Of a stretch of DNA of 35,897 bases, positions 1 to 10,318 are shown in pieces. The first letter of the stretch is position 1. Each line of letters begins with the position of its first letter. The translations under genes and the position numbers were made by a program. The DNA lies in contig CAJQQJ010000413.1 of the NCBI GenBank assembly GCA_905480445.1, forward strand, positions 1 to 35,897, read 5' to 3'. This DNA is from an uncultured Alphaproteobacteria bacterium. GTDB lineage: Bacteria > Pseudomonadota > Alphaproteobacteria > UBA7985 > CAJQQZ01. The notes beneath the pieces were generated by a model, which saw only the letters and a program-made list of their open reading frames with translations, did not search any database and was not told the origin of the DNA.

Positions 1-142
1 ATATTCACAGTTCATCAATGGCCTTACTAAAGCAGGGATCGAAGTCGATCGTAAAGTGCTTTCAGACCTCGCCATTCGTGAGCCAGGTGCATTTAAGGAA
101 CTGGTCAACCAGGCTCGTTCCGCCGTCGAAAAAGCTGCCTAG
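1..142 (+). CDS. rplT: 50S ribosomal protein L20, 3' end (5' truncated by window edge)
   Basis: Frame starting at base 2 reads [46 protein letters not shown], the typical L20 C-terminus (xDRKVLxDLA); lies directly upstream of pheS as in the conserved rpmI-rplT-pheST order. Confidence 0.96.
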   Translation, partial: YSQFINGLTKAGIEVDRKVLSDLAIREPGAFKELVNQARSAVEKAA

Positions 143-169
143 TTAACAGGCAAACTTTTTAGAGATTTT

Positions 170-210
170 AGGGGCAGGTCTGTTTACCGGACGCTGCCCC
201 TTTTTCTGTT
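170..210 (+). terminator. Rho-independent terminator after rplT
   Basis: AGGGGCAG-GTC...GAC-G-CTGCCCCT GC-rich stem followed by TTTTTCTGTT. Confidence 0.8.
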
Positions 211-345
211 TTAGCCATATTCTCAAAACGTGAACAACCATTCGCGAATGTTGAATAGGTATGAAACAGGCAAGCAACAAAGACAGCCTCGAAAACCCAG
301 AATAGCTGGTGTTTTGGGATCAAGAAAGAAAAGGCAAAACATCTC

Positions 346-1425
346 ATGATTGATGTTAATGCATTGAGCGACAAATGGGTCGCTGAAGTAGAGGCGGCTA
401 GCGATCTAGCTGCATTGGATACAATCCGTGTGACTGCTCTCGGCAAGAAGGGCGAGATCACCGGTATGATGAAGCAAATGGGCTCGCTCAGCCCTGAAGA
501 GCGCAAAGAAACTGGCCAAGCGCTGAACAAGCTCAAGAACGCTATCAGCGAAGCCATTGATGCACGCAAAGCCGATCTAGAAGATGCTGAGCTTGACGCG
601 CGTTTGGCGCAAGAGAGCGTCGACATTTCACAAACCGTTCGTCCTCGCCGTAAAGGCACGATCCACCCAATCAGTCAGACTGTTGATGAAATGATCGCAA
701 TCCTTGGCGAAATGGGTTTCACACTAGCTGAAGGTCCAGAAGTCGAAGACGACTATCACAACTTCACAGCGCTCAACATGCCAGCCGACCACCCTGCTCG
801 CCAGATGCAAGATACCTTCTACATGAACGGTCACTCCGGCGACGAAGGCAGTCTGGTGTTACGGACACACACTTCGCCTGTGCAGATCCGCACAATGCTC
901 AGTGAGAAGCCGCCAATCCGCATCATCTGCCCAGGTCGTACTTTCCGCTGTGATTCAGACGCGACACACACACCAATGTTCAACCAGGTTGAAGGCTTGG
1001 TCATTGGCAAAGACATTCACATGGGCCATTTGAAAGGCTGCCTGCTCGACTTCTTGCGTGCTTTCTTCAATGAACCCAATATCAAGATCCAACTTCGCCC
1101 ATCCTACTTCCCTTTCACTGAACCTTCTGCTGAGGTCGACATCGGCTGCTCGCGTCAAGGCGGCGAACTCAAAATCGGCGAAGGCAACGATTGGTTGGAA
1201 ATTCTTGGCTGTGGCATGGTTAATCCACGGGTCTTAGAGGCTTGTAACATCGATCCCAACGAGTACCAGGGCTTTGCTTTTGGCATGGGTATTGAGCGTT
1301 TGGCCATGCTGAAGTACGGCATTCCTGATCTTAGAACTTTCTTTGACGGCGACGTTCGTTGGCTCGATCACTATGGTTTCGATGCTCTCGATCAACCGTC
1401 CATGGTGGGAGGGCTAAGCCGATGA
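346..1425 (+). CDS. pheS: Phenylalanine--tRNA ligase alpha subunit
   Basis: 359 aa; [59 protein letters not shown] motifs. Confidence 0.99.
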   Translation: MIDVNALSDKWVAEVEAASDLAALDTIRVTALGKKGEITGMMKQMGSLSPEERKETGQALNKLKNAISEAIDARKADLEDAELDARLAQESVDISQTVRPRRKGTIHPISQTVDEMIAILGEMGFTLAEGPEVEDDYHNFTALNMPADHPARQMQDTFYMNGHSGDEGSLVLRTHTSPVQIRTMLSEKPPIRIICPGRTFRCDSDATHTPMFNQVEGLVIGKDIHMGHLKGCLLDFLRAFFNEPNIKIQLRPSYFPFTEPSAEVDIGCSRQGGELKIGEGNDWLEILGCGMVNPRVLEACNIDPNEYQGFAFGMGIERLAMLKYGIPDLRTFFDGDVRWLDHYGFDALDQPSMVGGLSR

Positions 1426-3818
1426 AGTTCACTCTTTCCTGGTTGAAAAAGCACCTTGAAACTGATGCCTCCCTTCAGGAGATCACCGACAAGCTGACTG
1501 CTATTGGTCTTGAGCTGGAGGAGGTCAATAACCCTGCGGAGAAGTATGCACCCTTTCGCACGGCAACTGTTGTGGACTGCTGGCAGCACCCGAATGCCGA
1601 CCGTCTTCGCGTTTGCATCGTAGATTCTGGCACCGGCGAAAACACTCAAGTCGTTTGCGGCGCCCCTAATGCTCGCAAAGGCATGAAGGCCGTGTTTGCA
1701 CCCGATGGTGCCTATATCCCTGGTTTGGATGTCACCTTGAAGGCCGGAACACTTCGCGGTGAAGCCTCTAACGGAATGCTGGTTTCTGAGCGTGAGCTAG
1801 AGCTATCTGACGAGCACGACGGTATCATCGATCTGCCTGAAGAAACCGAGATCGGTGTTCCGTATGCAGATTTCGCTGGCCTCAACGATCCCGTCATTGA
1901 GATTGGCGTCACGCCTAATCGTGGCGATTGTCTTGGAGTTCGTGGTATTGCCCGTGACCTGGCCGCGACCGGTATCGGTACTTTGATTGAACACCCCGAT
2001 GTCAAAATCGAAGGAAGCTTCAAATCAACACCTGTTGTCAAAATCGAAACAGAAGGCAAATACTGTCCGCTGTTCGCGAGCCGCTTGATCAAAGGCGTTA
2101 AGAATGGGCCGTCTCCTGCTTGGCTTCAGCAGAAATTGACTGCCATTGGTTTGCGTCCGATTTCTATTCTCGTTGACATCACCAACTTGATGACCATGGA
2201 TCATAACCGTCCGATGCACGTTTTCGACGCCGCTAAGGTCAAAGGCGATTTAGTAGTTCGAATGGGCCGTGAAGGTGATTCCTTCATGGCGCTGAACGAC
2301 AAAGAATACGAACTCAATGAAGAGATGACAGTCATCGGGGATGACAACGGCGTTGTCTCTCTCGCTGGTATCATGGGTGGCCTCAGCACTGGCGTTCAAG
2401 ACGACACAGCCGATGTCCTTGTTGAATCTGCTCTTTGGGACCCGAGCAACATCGCCACCACTGGTCGTCGCTTGAACATATTCTCTGACGCGCGTTTCCG
2501 TTTTGAGCGCGGCGTTGATCCCGAATACACAGTCGAAGGTTTGGAATTTGCGACCAAGCTCATTTTAGGTCTATGCGGCGGTAAAGCTGGAGAAATTAAT
2601 CTAGCGGGTGAAATGCCCAACACGCGCCGTGAGATGGAATTCGACCCTGCCATGGTGAAAAGCTGGGGTGGGATGGATGTTTCCACAGACCGTTGCATTG
2701 AGATCCTGAACAGCCTGGGCTTTCTATCGATGACACAAGGTGACAAGCTACTGGTGTCGATCCCGACTTGGCGTACAGACATCGACCGCCATTGGGATTT
2801 GATCGAAGAAATCACTCGCATCGAAGGCTTTGACAAAATCCCTGCGATCTCGCTGCGCAATGAAGAAGCATTGCCACAGGATGCTTATACGCCAGACCAA
2901 AAGAAACTCCGCTCTGCTCGTCGCGCACTGGCCGCTCACGGCATGAACGAGGCCGTTACTTGGTCGTTCACATCATCAGTCACAGCACCTCTGTTTGGTG
3001 AGATTAAGGACGAAGTTAGATTGGCGAACCCGATTTCCTCCGACCTTGATGTGATGCGGCCTAGCCTTCTACCCAACCTCATTTTGGCGGCCCAGCGTAA
3101 CGTGGATCGCGGTTTTGGTGACACAGCTCTTTACGAAATAGGCACTTACTTCTTAGGTGTTAAGCCTGAAGAGCAGCCAACAGCAATTGCTGGACTTCGC
3201 ACTGGCTCTCAAGGGCCACGTCACTGGGATCAAGGGCAACGCAGCGTAGACGTGTTTGACGCTAAAGAAGATGCCGTAGTGGCGTTGCAAGCATTGGGGG
3301 CTCCTGTTTCCAATTTGCAGACCTCCACCGATGCTCCTTCATACTATCACCCTGGACGCTCAGGTTCTTTGCGGTTGGGCAAAAATGTTTTGGCCAACTT
3401 CGGTGAATTGCATCCTCGTACCTTAAAGGCAATGGATGCCAAAGGCCCCATCGTGGCGTTTGAAGTCTTTCCGGCAAATGTGCCGAAATCAAAGAAAGCT
3501 GGCTCAACAGCCAGACCTTTGTTGAGACCTTCACCGTTGCAACCGTTAGAACGTGACTTTGCTTTCATTGTCGATCAAGGCGTTGCAGCAGACGCTGCCT
3601 TGCGGGCGGCAAAAGGGGCTGACAAGAAATTGATCACGGCCTCTTCGCTGTTTGATGTTTATCAAGGTAAAGGCATTGAAGAGGGCAAGAAGTCCCTGGC
3701 TTTGTCAGTCACCATCCAGCCGCAAGATCAGGCCATGACGGACGAGCAGATTGACGAAGTTTGTCAAAAAGTCATAGCCCAAGTCATCAAAGCCACTGGC
3801 GGTGACCTTCGATCCTAA
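1422..3818 (+). CDS. pheT: Phenylalanine--tRNA ligase beta subunit
   Basis: Start moved to ATG 1422 ([13 protein letters not shown] overlap with pheS stop); [36 protein letters not shown] anticodon-binding domain. Confidence 0.99.
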   Translation: MKFTLSWLKKHLETDASLQEITDKLTAIGLELEEVNNPAEKYAPFRTATVVDCWQHPNADRLRVCIVDSGTGENTQVVCGAPNARKGMKAVFAPDGAYIPGLDVTLKAGTLRGEASNGMLVSERELELSDEHDGIIDLPEETEIGVPYADFAGLNDPVIEIGVTPNRGDCLGVRGIARDLAATGIGTLIEHPDVKIEGSFKSTPVVKIETEGKYCPLFASRLIKGVKNGPSPAWLQQKLTAIGLRPISILVDITNLMTMDHNRPMHVFDAAKVKGDLVVRMGREGDSFMALNDKEYELNEEMTVIGDDNGVVSLAGIMGGLSTGVQDDTADVLVESALWDPSNIATTGRRLNIFSDARFRFERGVDPEYTVEGLEFATKLILGLCGGKAGEINLAGEMPNTRREMEFDPAMVKSWGGMDVSTDRCIEILNSLGFLSMTQGDKLLVSIPTWRTDIDRHWDLIEEITRIEGFDKIPAISLRNEEALPQDAYTPDQKKLRSARRALAAHGMNEAVTWSFTSSVTAPLFGEIKDEVRLANPISSDLDVMRPSLLPNLILAAQRNVDRGFGDTALYEIGTYFLGVKPEEQPTAIAGLRTGSQGPRHWDQGQRSVDVFDAKEDAVVALQALGAPVSNLQTSTDAPSYYHPGRSGSLRLGKNVLANFGELHPRTLKAMDAKGPIVAFEVFPANVPKSKKAGSTARPLLRPSPLQPLERDFAFIVDQGVAADAALRAAKGADKKLITASSLFDVYQGKGIEEGKKSLALSVTIQPQDQAMTDEQIDEVCQKVIAQVIKATGGDLRS

Positions 3819-3826
3819 ATGCTACT

Positions 3827-3874
3827 GGCCAAGAGAGAGTCGATCAAAGTCTTGACAGCGACTCTCTCTTGGCC
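3827..3874. repeat. Perfect 16-bp inverted repeat (hairpin) between pheT and lepA
   Basis: GGCCAAGAGAGAGTCG (3827-3842) and CGACTCTCTCTTGGCC (3859-3874) with 16-nt loop. Confidence 0.9.
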
Positions 3875-3915
3875 GATTAGCTCCATCATCTTTTCTTAAG
3901 AGAAATCAGACAGCT

Positions 3916-5733
3916 ATGGCCGGCAAACAGGCAATTCCTCAAAGCCACATTCTCAACTTCGCTATTATCGCGCATATTGACCACGGTAATTCGACCCAGG
4001 CTGATCGCATGATCCATCTCTGCGGTGCTTTGACAGACCGTGAGATGAAGGAACAGGTTCTCGATTCCATGGATATCGAGCGTGAGCGCGGTATTACAAT
4101 TAAGGCCAATACCGTTCGCCTGGATTACAAATCCGTCGATGGCCAGGACTACGCGCTCAACCTAATCGACACACCTGGACACGTCGACTTTGCCTATGAA
4201 GTCAGCCGTTCCTTATCCGCCTGTGAAGGCTCTCTGTTATTGGTTGATGCCAGCCAAGGTGTTGAAGCGCAAACGCTCGCCAATGTCTATCTGGCTTTGG
4301 AAAACGATCACGAAATCATCACAGTTCTAAACAAGATTGATTTGCCGGCGGCAGAGCCAGAACGGATCCGTCAACAGATCGAAGACGTTGTTGGCTTAGA
4401 TGCCAGCGATGCGCTCTCTGTATCCGGTAAAACAGGCGACGGTGTTCGTGAAGTTCTAGAGCGCATCGTTGAAAATGTACCAGCCCCAGTTGGCGACGAT
4501 TCAGCTCCTCTGAAGGCGCTGTTGGTTGATAGCTGGTATGATACCTACCTTGGTGTGATCATTCTTGTTCGCGTTGTCGAAGGCTCTCTCAAAAAGGGCA
4601 CCAAGATACGCATGATGAATACGGGCGCCACGAAGGACGTCGAGCGCGTTGGTGTCTTCACACCCGCCAGAGTTGACAAGGGTTCACTCAGCGCTGGCGA
4701 GATTGGCTTTATTACGGCTGGTATCAAAACAGTCGCCGATTGCCAAATCGGTGATACCATTACCGAAGAACGCCGCCTAGCAGACGCACCTCTAGCTGGC
4801 TTTAAGCCGTCTATTCCTGTTGTTTTCTGTGGTCTGTTCCCATCAGAAGCAGCGGAGTTTGAAACACTACGCGACTCACTAGCGAAACTGGCACTGAACG
4901 ATTCCTCGTTCCAGTTTGAAGCTGAAACTTCGGCCGCGCTTGGTTTCGGTTTCCGTTGCGGTTTCCTCGGACTGCTTCATCTTGAGATCGTTCAAGAGCG
5001 CCTTGAGCGTGAATTCGACCTTGACCTCGTCACAACAGCGCCTTCCGTGGTTTACAAAGTCTATCACATCAACGGCGATATGTATGAGATTCACAACCCA
5101 GTAGATTTGCCAGAAGTTACTCAAATCAAGAAAATCGAAGAACCTTGGATCAAAGCAACCATCCTCGTTCCCGACGAGTTTTTGGGGCCAATCTTGAAGC
5201 TTTGTGAAGATCGCCGCGGCGTTCAACAAGAACTGACTTACGCTGGCAACCGCGCCATGATCATCTATAGACTGCCGCTTAACGAAGTGGTGTTCGATTT
5301 CTATGACCGGCTTAAATCAGTCTCAAAAGGCTACGCTTCCTTTGACTATGCTTTGGACTCTTATGAGGAAGAAGATCTGGTCAAGATGCAGATCTTGGTT
5401 AACCAAGAGCCTGTGGACGCACTTTCAATCATGGTCCACCGGTCCAAGGCAGAATCACGTGGCCGCGCTCTTTGTGAGCGTTTGAAAGAACTGATCCACC
5501 GCCAGCTCTTTAAGATTGCTATCCAGGCCGCCATTGGTGGCAAGGTTATCGCGCGTGAAACTGTATCTGCTATGCGCAAGGATGTGACAGCCAAGTGTTA
5601 CGGCGGCGACGTCTCAAGAAAGCGTAAACTGCTTGATAAGCAGAAAGAGGGTAAGAAACGCATGCGCCAGTTCGGCAAAGTCGATATTCCCCAATCCGCT
5701 TTCTTAGCCGCCCTCAGAATGAGTGACGACTAG
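3916..5733 (+). CDS. lepA: Translation elongation factor 4 (LepA), with atypical G1 motif
   Basis: 605 aa; [49 protein letters not shown]-loop reads AHIDHGNST rather than AHIDHGKST. Confidence 0.98.
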   Translation: MAGKQAIPQSHILNFAIIAHIDHGNSTQADRMIHLCGALTDREMKEQVLDSMDIERERGITIKANTVRLDYKSVDGQDYALNLIDTPGHVDFAYEVSRSLSACEGSLLLVDASQGVEAQTLANVYLALENDHEIITVLNKIDLPAAEPERIRQQIEDVVGLDASDALSVSGKTGDGVREVLERIVENVPAPVGDDSAPLKALLVDSWYDTYLGVIILVRVVEGSLKKGTKIRMMNTGATKDVERVGVFTPARVDKGSLSAGEIGFITAGIKTVADCQIGDTITEERRLADAPLAGFKPSIPVVFCGLFPSEAAEFETLRDSLAKLALNDSSFQFEAETSAALGFGFRCGFLGLLHLEIVQERLEREFDLDLVTTAPSVVYKVYHINGDMYEIHNPVDLPEVTQIKKIEEPWIKATILVPDEFLGPILKLCEDRRGVQQELTYAGNRAMIIYRLPLNEVVFDFYDRLKSVSKGYASFDYALDSYEEEDLVKMQILVNQEPVDALSIMVHRSKAESRGRALCERLKELIHRQLFKIAIQAAIGGKVIARETVSAMRKDVTAKCYGGDVSRKRKLLDKQKEGKKRMRQFGKVDIPQSAFLAALRMSDD

Positions 5734-5744
5734 GCTGCCAGCCT

Positions 5745-6035
5745 TTAACGCCTGCCAATGAGATAGAAGACCAATCCTAGCCCGCCTGCGGTCACCCAGA
5801 GTGGCCAGATGACCAGCTGGCCTATGCCATAGTCCCAAAGCCACCAATGCAGGTAACGCTCTGTAATAGCTTGTGTGAGGTTCAACGTGCCAGGGCTCCA
5901 GCTGTACCAAAACTGCCCTAGCAAGTAAGACTGCCAGTAGCCATCTCTAAAGTAGCCATAAGCCTCCATAATGACCAGCACTAAGGCTGTTGTTAACAGC
6001 ACCAGACCTAGGACTTTGAGAACCCGCTTTGTCAT
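5745..6035 (-). CDS. Small membrane protein of unknown function
   Basis: 96 aa, hydrophobic N- and C-terminal segments around a Trp-rich LGQFW...SPGTLNLTQAITERY...LWD core; fills the lepA-tRNA gap. Confidence 0.75.
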   Translation of the reverse strand: MTKRVLKVLGLVLLTTALVLVIMEAYGYFRDGYWQSYLLGQFWYSWSPGTLNLTQAITERYLHWWLWDYGIGQLVIWPLWVTAGGLGLVFYLIGRR

Positions 6036-6182
6036 TCATTCAGCTTTCTTTGTTGCCTGTACTCTTATCTAGGCAGCTGTGTCGTCACAACGAAATCAAA
6101 GCAGCGTGAACAGTTTGTCATCGATAAATCGAAAGACAAAACAAGGTGCGAAAATAAATCATCAAACAAGCCTTTGACCCCA

Positions 6183-6211
6183 TTGCATAAAACCTCGGTC
6201 TCCGCTAGTTT
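6183..6211 (+). promoter_or_regulatory. Putative sigma70 promoter of tRNA-Ser
   Basis: TTGCAT-17 nt-TAGTTT followed by GC-rich discriminator-like GCGCCAC, ~35 nt upstream of the tRNA. Confidence 0.55.
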
Positions 6212-6246
6212 GCGCCACGCTTTTACGGAGCAGATTGTTCCGCGCT

Positions 6247-6337
6247 GGTGAGGTGGCCGAGTGGCTTAAGGCGCACGCCTGGAAAGCGTGTATGGGTTAA
6301 TAGCTCATCGAGGGTTCGAATCCCTCCCTCACCGCCA
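6247..6337 (+). tRNA. tRNA-Ser(GGA)
   Basis: Acceptor GGTGAGG/CCTCACC, discriminator G, encoded CCA; anticodon arm CACGC-CT-GGA-AA-GCGTG; long variable arm; GTTCGAATCC T-loop. Confidence 0.98.
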
Positions 6338-6480
6338 TTTCTGCAAATGTCCAGCCTTGGGTCATATCTTTCAAGTCAGCTAAAAATTGTCCCGTCGGAC
6401 AATGGAAAAACTCGAGTTTATTCCATGTTAGTCCGGCATCTTCCTTTGAGTATCGGTCAATATTGAACGACGATTTCAAT

Positions 6481-7176
6481 TTAGAGGCTGGCTTCATTAA
6501 GATCTGTCAAAGAACCGGCGTCCAATATTCGAATGGTCTGACGCTCTGTTTTAATCACACCTTTGCTGACCATGTCGCTTAAAGACCGACTAACTGCCTC
6601 GCGGCGCGCACCAATTCTCTGTGCTATATCTGCATGGGTTAAGGCGGGTTTGAGTACTCCGCCATCAAAGAGCTGATTGCGTTCCAACGCCTCCCGCACG
6701 ATCAAAGATTTAACACGCTCACTGACAGGTTTCGTGGCGAGTTCAAAGTTGCGGTTGCTTAGGTTTCGCACAGACTTAGCAAAATCTTTGATCAAGGCCA
6801 GTGCAAAATGCGGTTTGGTCTCAATCATCTGTAAGAAGGCTTCAGAGGAAACTTGCACCAGCTCTACATCCGTCAAGGCGCAAACACTGGCCGATCGAGG
6901 GCCGCCATCAATAGCGGCGAGCTCACCAAAGTAACTACCATGTTGAATTTCATCAAAGGCCAGTTCTGTTCCATCAACTGACGTCAAAAATGCTAAGGCG
7001 CGTCCTGATAGCAAAAAAAATACATCATTCTCCTCACTCATGTGATGAATGATGACTTGTCCTTTACTGTACTTCCGTTTTTGCAATTTTTCTGGGTCAA
7101 AACTTGACCCTTCTTCACACAAATATTGAAGTAGCGGAATACCGCTAGCAGGACACTGATTCGGGTTTCCCGTCAT
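6481..7176 (-). CDS. Crp/Fnr family transcriptional regulator with cyclic-nucleotide-binding domain
   Basis: FGELAAIDGGPRSASV phosphate-binding cassette; C-terminal HTH LTHADIAQRIGARREAVSRSL. Confidence 0.92.
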   Translation of the reverse strand: MTGNPNQCPASGIPLLQYLCEEGSSFDPEKLQKRKYSKGQVIIHHMSEENDVFFLLSGRALAFLTSVDGTELAFDEIQHGSYFGELAAIDGGPRSASVCALTDVELVQVSSEAFLQMIETKPHFALALIKDFAKSVRNLSNRNFELATKPVSERVKSLIVREALERNQLFDGGVLKPALTHADIAQRIGARREAVSRSLSDMVSKGVIKTERQTIRILDAGSLTDLNEASL

Positions 7177-7361
7177 CGCCTCTCAGAAGTTCCTCTAATG
7201 ATTTTGTTCTTGCTCCACAAAAAAAGCTATCACGCGCCAAGGACACATCAACCTCCTATAGTTGGTAGGTTTGATATTCTTGGTTTTGATCAATCGCTCA
7301 TCTTACGAGTCGTTCTATCACATCTGTTGGAGCGCTGTGCAAAAGAAAATTTGGTGAGAAA

Positions 7362-8219
7362 TTACCGTCTTTTGGTTGCCCTGCCGGTCGTACGAGGTTT
7401 AGAGAAATCTGCATCTCCTTCCAGTTGTCGACTCGGGTTGGCAGTTCCCGTTGTAAAGGCTTGGTTCCATTGCCCAAGCTTAACATCTCTATCTGGCCAG
7501 GTTTCCAGTTTCTCTTCATCGCGATACATGGCAAACGGCCTTAGTGTGCTTTCGTAGAAGTCAATTTGCTCGTGGCGGCGATACTGCTCGGCGTCGTACC
7601 CATTCCAGTGCAGACATTGATCCAATGGACGGCGGTAGCGGGAATTTTGTGTTTTGACGGGATAGCCAATGGGAATGGTGCCATAAGCCTTCATCCAAGA
7701 GGGATAGCCTAGCAAGTCGGCCAGGTCTTGATTGGTCTCATCCTCACCGCCGCCTGACAACCAAGCCGACGTCAGGCCTTCTGCCGCGACCCCCAGCTGT
7801 ATATTTTGAATCGCGGCCCCCAAGGAACAAAGAAAGATCGCCTCGTTGTTGTTCAGATATTCAGCTTTATACTCTGGTGTTGTCGGTTGAGGGAAACAGA
7901 CCTTCCAGCGCGGATCGCCCAGCACAATGATAATGGCGACGGTGTTGGCTAAATAGTCCTTCTTAACTGCCGGGAAGCCCTTTGCGTGATCGACCAGCCG
8001 TTGGGCTTGCGCCTTGTAAACATCCGTGACCTTTTCCTTTATGCTTGGATCATCGATTACAAGAAACTCGAAACACTGCACGTTCGCCCCTGATGGCGCC
8101 CAACGACCGCAGTCGACAATGCGCTCTAAAACGGCTCTGTCAACGGCGTGACCGGCTTCATATTTTCGAGTTGAGCGACGTTTGCGAATAATCTCTTGGA
8201 ACAGTGGATCGTCTGACAT
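7362..8219 (-). CDS. Nitroreductase family flavoprotein with C-terminal extension
   Basis: RRSTRKY and WAPSGANVQ FMN-binding motifs, AIQNIQL...EGLTSAW, IPIGYP. Confidence 0.9.
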   Translation of the reverse strand: MSDDPLFQEIIRKRRSTRKYEAGHAVDRAVLERIVDCGRWAPSGANVQCFEFLVIDDPSIKEKVTDVYKAQAQRLVDHAKGFPAVKKDYLANTVAIIIVLGDPRWKVCFPQPTTPEYKAEYLNNNEAIFLCSLGAAIQNIQLGVAAEGLTSAWLSGGGEDETNQDLADLLGYPSWMKAYGTIPIGYPVKTQNSRYRRPLDQCLHWNGYDAEQYRRHEQIDFYESTLRPFAMYRDEEKLETWPDRDVKLGQWNQAFTTGTANPSRQLEGDADFSKPRTTGRATKRR

Positions 8220-8284
8220 GGGCTAGTCTTCCTTTGGTTTTCTCTCCCAAAGTAAAGCGCGCCAAGGTCTGCCAGTCCAGAGCT

Positions 8285-9097
8285 TTAAAGCTTTCCGGCT
8301 TTTTCGAACATACGCCAAGCCGATTTAACCAATCCGGTTCGGAATGAATGGCCACCAGAAAACAAGCAAAACCTTAATATATCACTGTTTGAATTTACCT
8401 GATTTTCACAGCGTAGATTGTCGACCGTCGATTGGCCAGCGCTGGTGAAGCTACCATATTGCGAATACATATCCAGCACCTGCTTCACGTCTCCTTGTTG
8501 AGCGTCTCTGACCTTACGCCCCTTCAAGGGCACGGTCTTGTCTCTGTCACCGTGGATATGGATAAGGCTAGCCGGTGGCGTGGTACAGCTTTTGGGAATA
8601 GGCCGCCAAAAAGTTCCCGCCATCGGAGCAAAAGCCGCGAAAGCCTCACTTCGGTGACAAGCCAAGGTCCAAATCATCATACCACCAGCTGAAAAGCCAG
8701 TTGCCATTAGCCGATCCTTATCGATAGCAAAGCGCCGTGTGGCATCTTCAATAACCGCATCGAAGTAGGTCAAGTCATCAACACCGACTCTTTGCACAGC
8801 AGATGGTGAGCCAGGCAAAGCCCAGGCCCGTCCCGTTGCCTTTGTCGCGATGATTGCTATGCCGAGATCAGACGCCATACGAGCGAAGTCGCGGCTACCA
8901 ACAATCCCTTCGGCATTGCCACCCAGACCATGGGCAAAGACGATAGCGCCAACTAAAGTTTTACCATCGTGATTGGCGGGCATGCTAACACGGTAATGGC
9001 GGTCACCTAACCAGCAATGGCTTGAGATACCACAGGCTTGCGCCATCGGAATGCCCAGCAACAAGGCGGAGACCAGCACCAGTAAAACTCTCTTCAT
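8285..9097 (-). CDS. Secreted alpha/beta-hydrolase, PHB depolymerase/LpqC-like esterase
   Basis: Start re-called at ATG 9097 after GGAG RBS; signal peptide MKRVLLVLVSALLLGIPMAQA; TGFSAGG nucleophile, HIHGDRDKTVP, GGH. Confidence 0.85.
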   Translation of the reverse strand: MKRVLLVLVSALLLGIPMAQACGISSHCWLGDRHYRVSMPANHDGKTLVGAIVFAHGLGGNAEGIVGSRDFARMASDLGIAIIATKATGRAWALPGSPSAVQRVGVDDLTYFDAVIEDATRRFAIDKDRLMATGFSAGGMMIWTLACHRSEAFAAFAPMAGTFWRPIPKSCTTPPASLIHIHGDRDKTVPLKGRKVRDAQQGDVKQVLDMYSQYGSFTSAGQSTVDNLRCENQVNSNSDILRFCLFSGGHSFRTGLVKSAWRMFEKAGKL

Positions 9098-9187
9098 CAC
9101 GTCTCTCTCCTGTTTCAGGCCAGTGGTTGACTTGGATGAGAAAGAAAAGCAGAGAAGAAGACTCAAGTCTAGCGGAAGAGGAACAAC

Positions 9188-10318
9188 ATGCGCGAATGTG
9201 ATTTTCTTGTGATTGGCGCTGGGATTGCCGGAACCTCCTGCGCCCATTGGCTTGCAGGTGATGCTAAGGTTATCGTTTTAGACATGGAAAGCCGTCCTGG
9301 TTATCATACCACCGGGCGCTCCGTCGCTATGTACACCGAGGCCTATGGTCCCCGCACTGTTCGTGCCTTGGCCAAGTCGGGTTATGATTTTCTCACCAAA
9401 CCACCCGAAGGTTTTTCTGACGTGCCGTTGAGCGAACAAAGCGCATTCCTCTTCGTTGCACGGGAAGATCAATTGAGCTCGCTAGACACGGCACTGGCAG
9501 CCGTTCAGGAGCTATCACCCCAGATCGCTATGATTGATCCTGATGAGGCCGTTGAGCGCGTGCCAGTGTTACGAAGAGACTATTTGGCTGGCGCTTTTTT
9601 AGATCCATACGCCATGAAGTTAGACGTGGACGCCATTCACCAAGGTTACATCAAAGGTCTTAACAACAATGGTGGAGAAATAGTTTGTGACGCTGCTGTT
9701 ACAGGCATGGAACGCCGTGCAGGAAAATGGCACCTGCAGACCAGACAAGGCACGTTCGTGGCGCCTGTCGTAATTAGCGCTGCCGGAGCCTGGGTCGACG
9801 AAGTCGCGGACCTTGCCAACACAAAACGCATAGGCATTATACCCAAACGACGAACAGTGATCTCCTTTACACCGCCAGATGTAACATTGGATAGCGACTG
9901 GCCTTTTGTGATCGACTGCGAAGAGGGTTTCTTTTTCAAAGTCGAAGCCGGAGCGATCTTAGGCTCACCATCGAACCAAGATCCAACCTACCCACAAGAC
10001 GTGCAACCAGAAGAACTCGATATCGCCATTGCCATCGACCGTCTGCAAACGGCAACCACAATGAAAGTTCCCCGTCTCAATCGTTCCTGGGCAGGCCTCA
10101 GGTCCTTTGTCGCCGATGGCAATCCAGTCGTGGGTTATGCCGAAGACGTTGACGGCTTCTTCTGGTGCGCTGGCCAAGGCGGCTACGGCATAGAAACATC
10201 AATCGGAATGGGCCGGTCCTGCGCTGCACTTATACATGGACAAGACCTACCGGAGGATATTAGAGCGTTGGGTGTTAGGGCAAAAGAACTCAGTCCTTCC
10301 CGCATTGGATCGCCCTAA
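9188..10318 (+). CDS. FAD-dependent D-amino acid dehydrogenase, DauA (D-arginine dehydrogenase)-like
   Basis: GAGIAG Rossmann fold, GYHTTGRS, AAGAWVD, SWAGLRSFVADG, GQGGYGIETS; resembles Pseudomonas DauA throughout as recalled, substrate not assignable. Confidence 0.85.
   Translation: MRECDFLVIGAGIAGTSCAHWLAGDAKVIVLDMESRPGYHTTGRSVAMYTEAYGPRTVRALAKSGYDFLTKPPEGFSDVPLSEQSAFLFVAREDQLSSLDTALAAVQELSPQIAMIDPDEAVERVPVLRRDYLAGAFLDPYAMKLDVDAIHQGYIKGLNNNGGEIVCDAAVTGMERRAGKWHLQTRQGTFVAPVVISAAGAWVDEVADLANTKRIGIIPKRRTVISFTPPDVTLDSDWPFVIDCEEGFFFKVEAGAILGSPSNQDPTYPQDVQPEELDIAIAIDRLQTATTMKVPRLNRSWAGLRSFVADGNPVVGYAEDVDGFFWCAGQGGYGIETSIGMGRSCAALIHGQDLPEDIRALGVRAKELSPSRIGSP

Noticed and set aside
143..345. PheM-like Phe-rich leader peptide/attenuator upstream of pheS
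   Set aside because: No Phe-rich short ORF seen; the ATG at 261 gives [14 protein letters not shown]; only the rplT terminator and a 12-bp palindrome CATTCGCGAATG (239-250) of unknown significance
1359..1421. N-terminal extensions in the ORF track (pheT 1359, esterase 9247, sthA 13514, cyclase 17716, HAD 17661, znuB 32586)
   Set aside because: Overlap neighbouring genes or lack an RBS; downstream ATGs match family N-termini
6248..6497. ORFs 6248..6466(+) and 6297..6497(-)
   Set aside because: Overlap the tRNA gene; typical spurious translations
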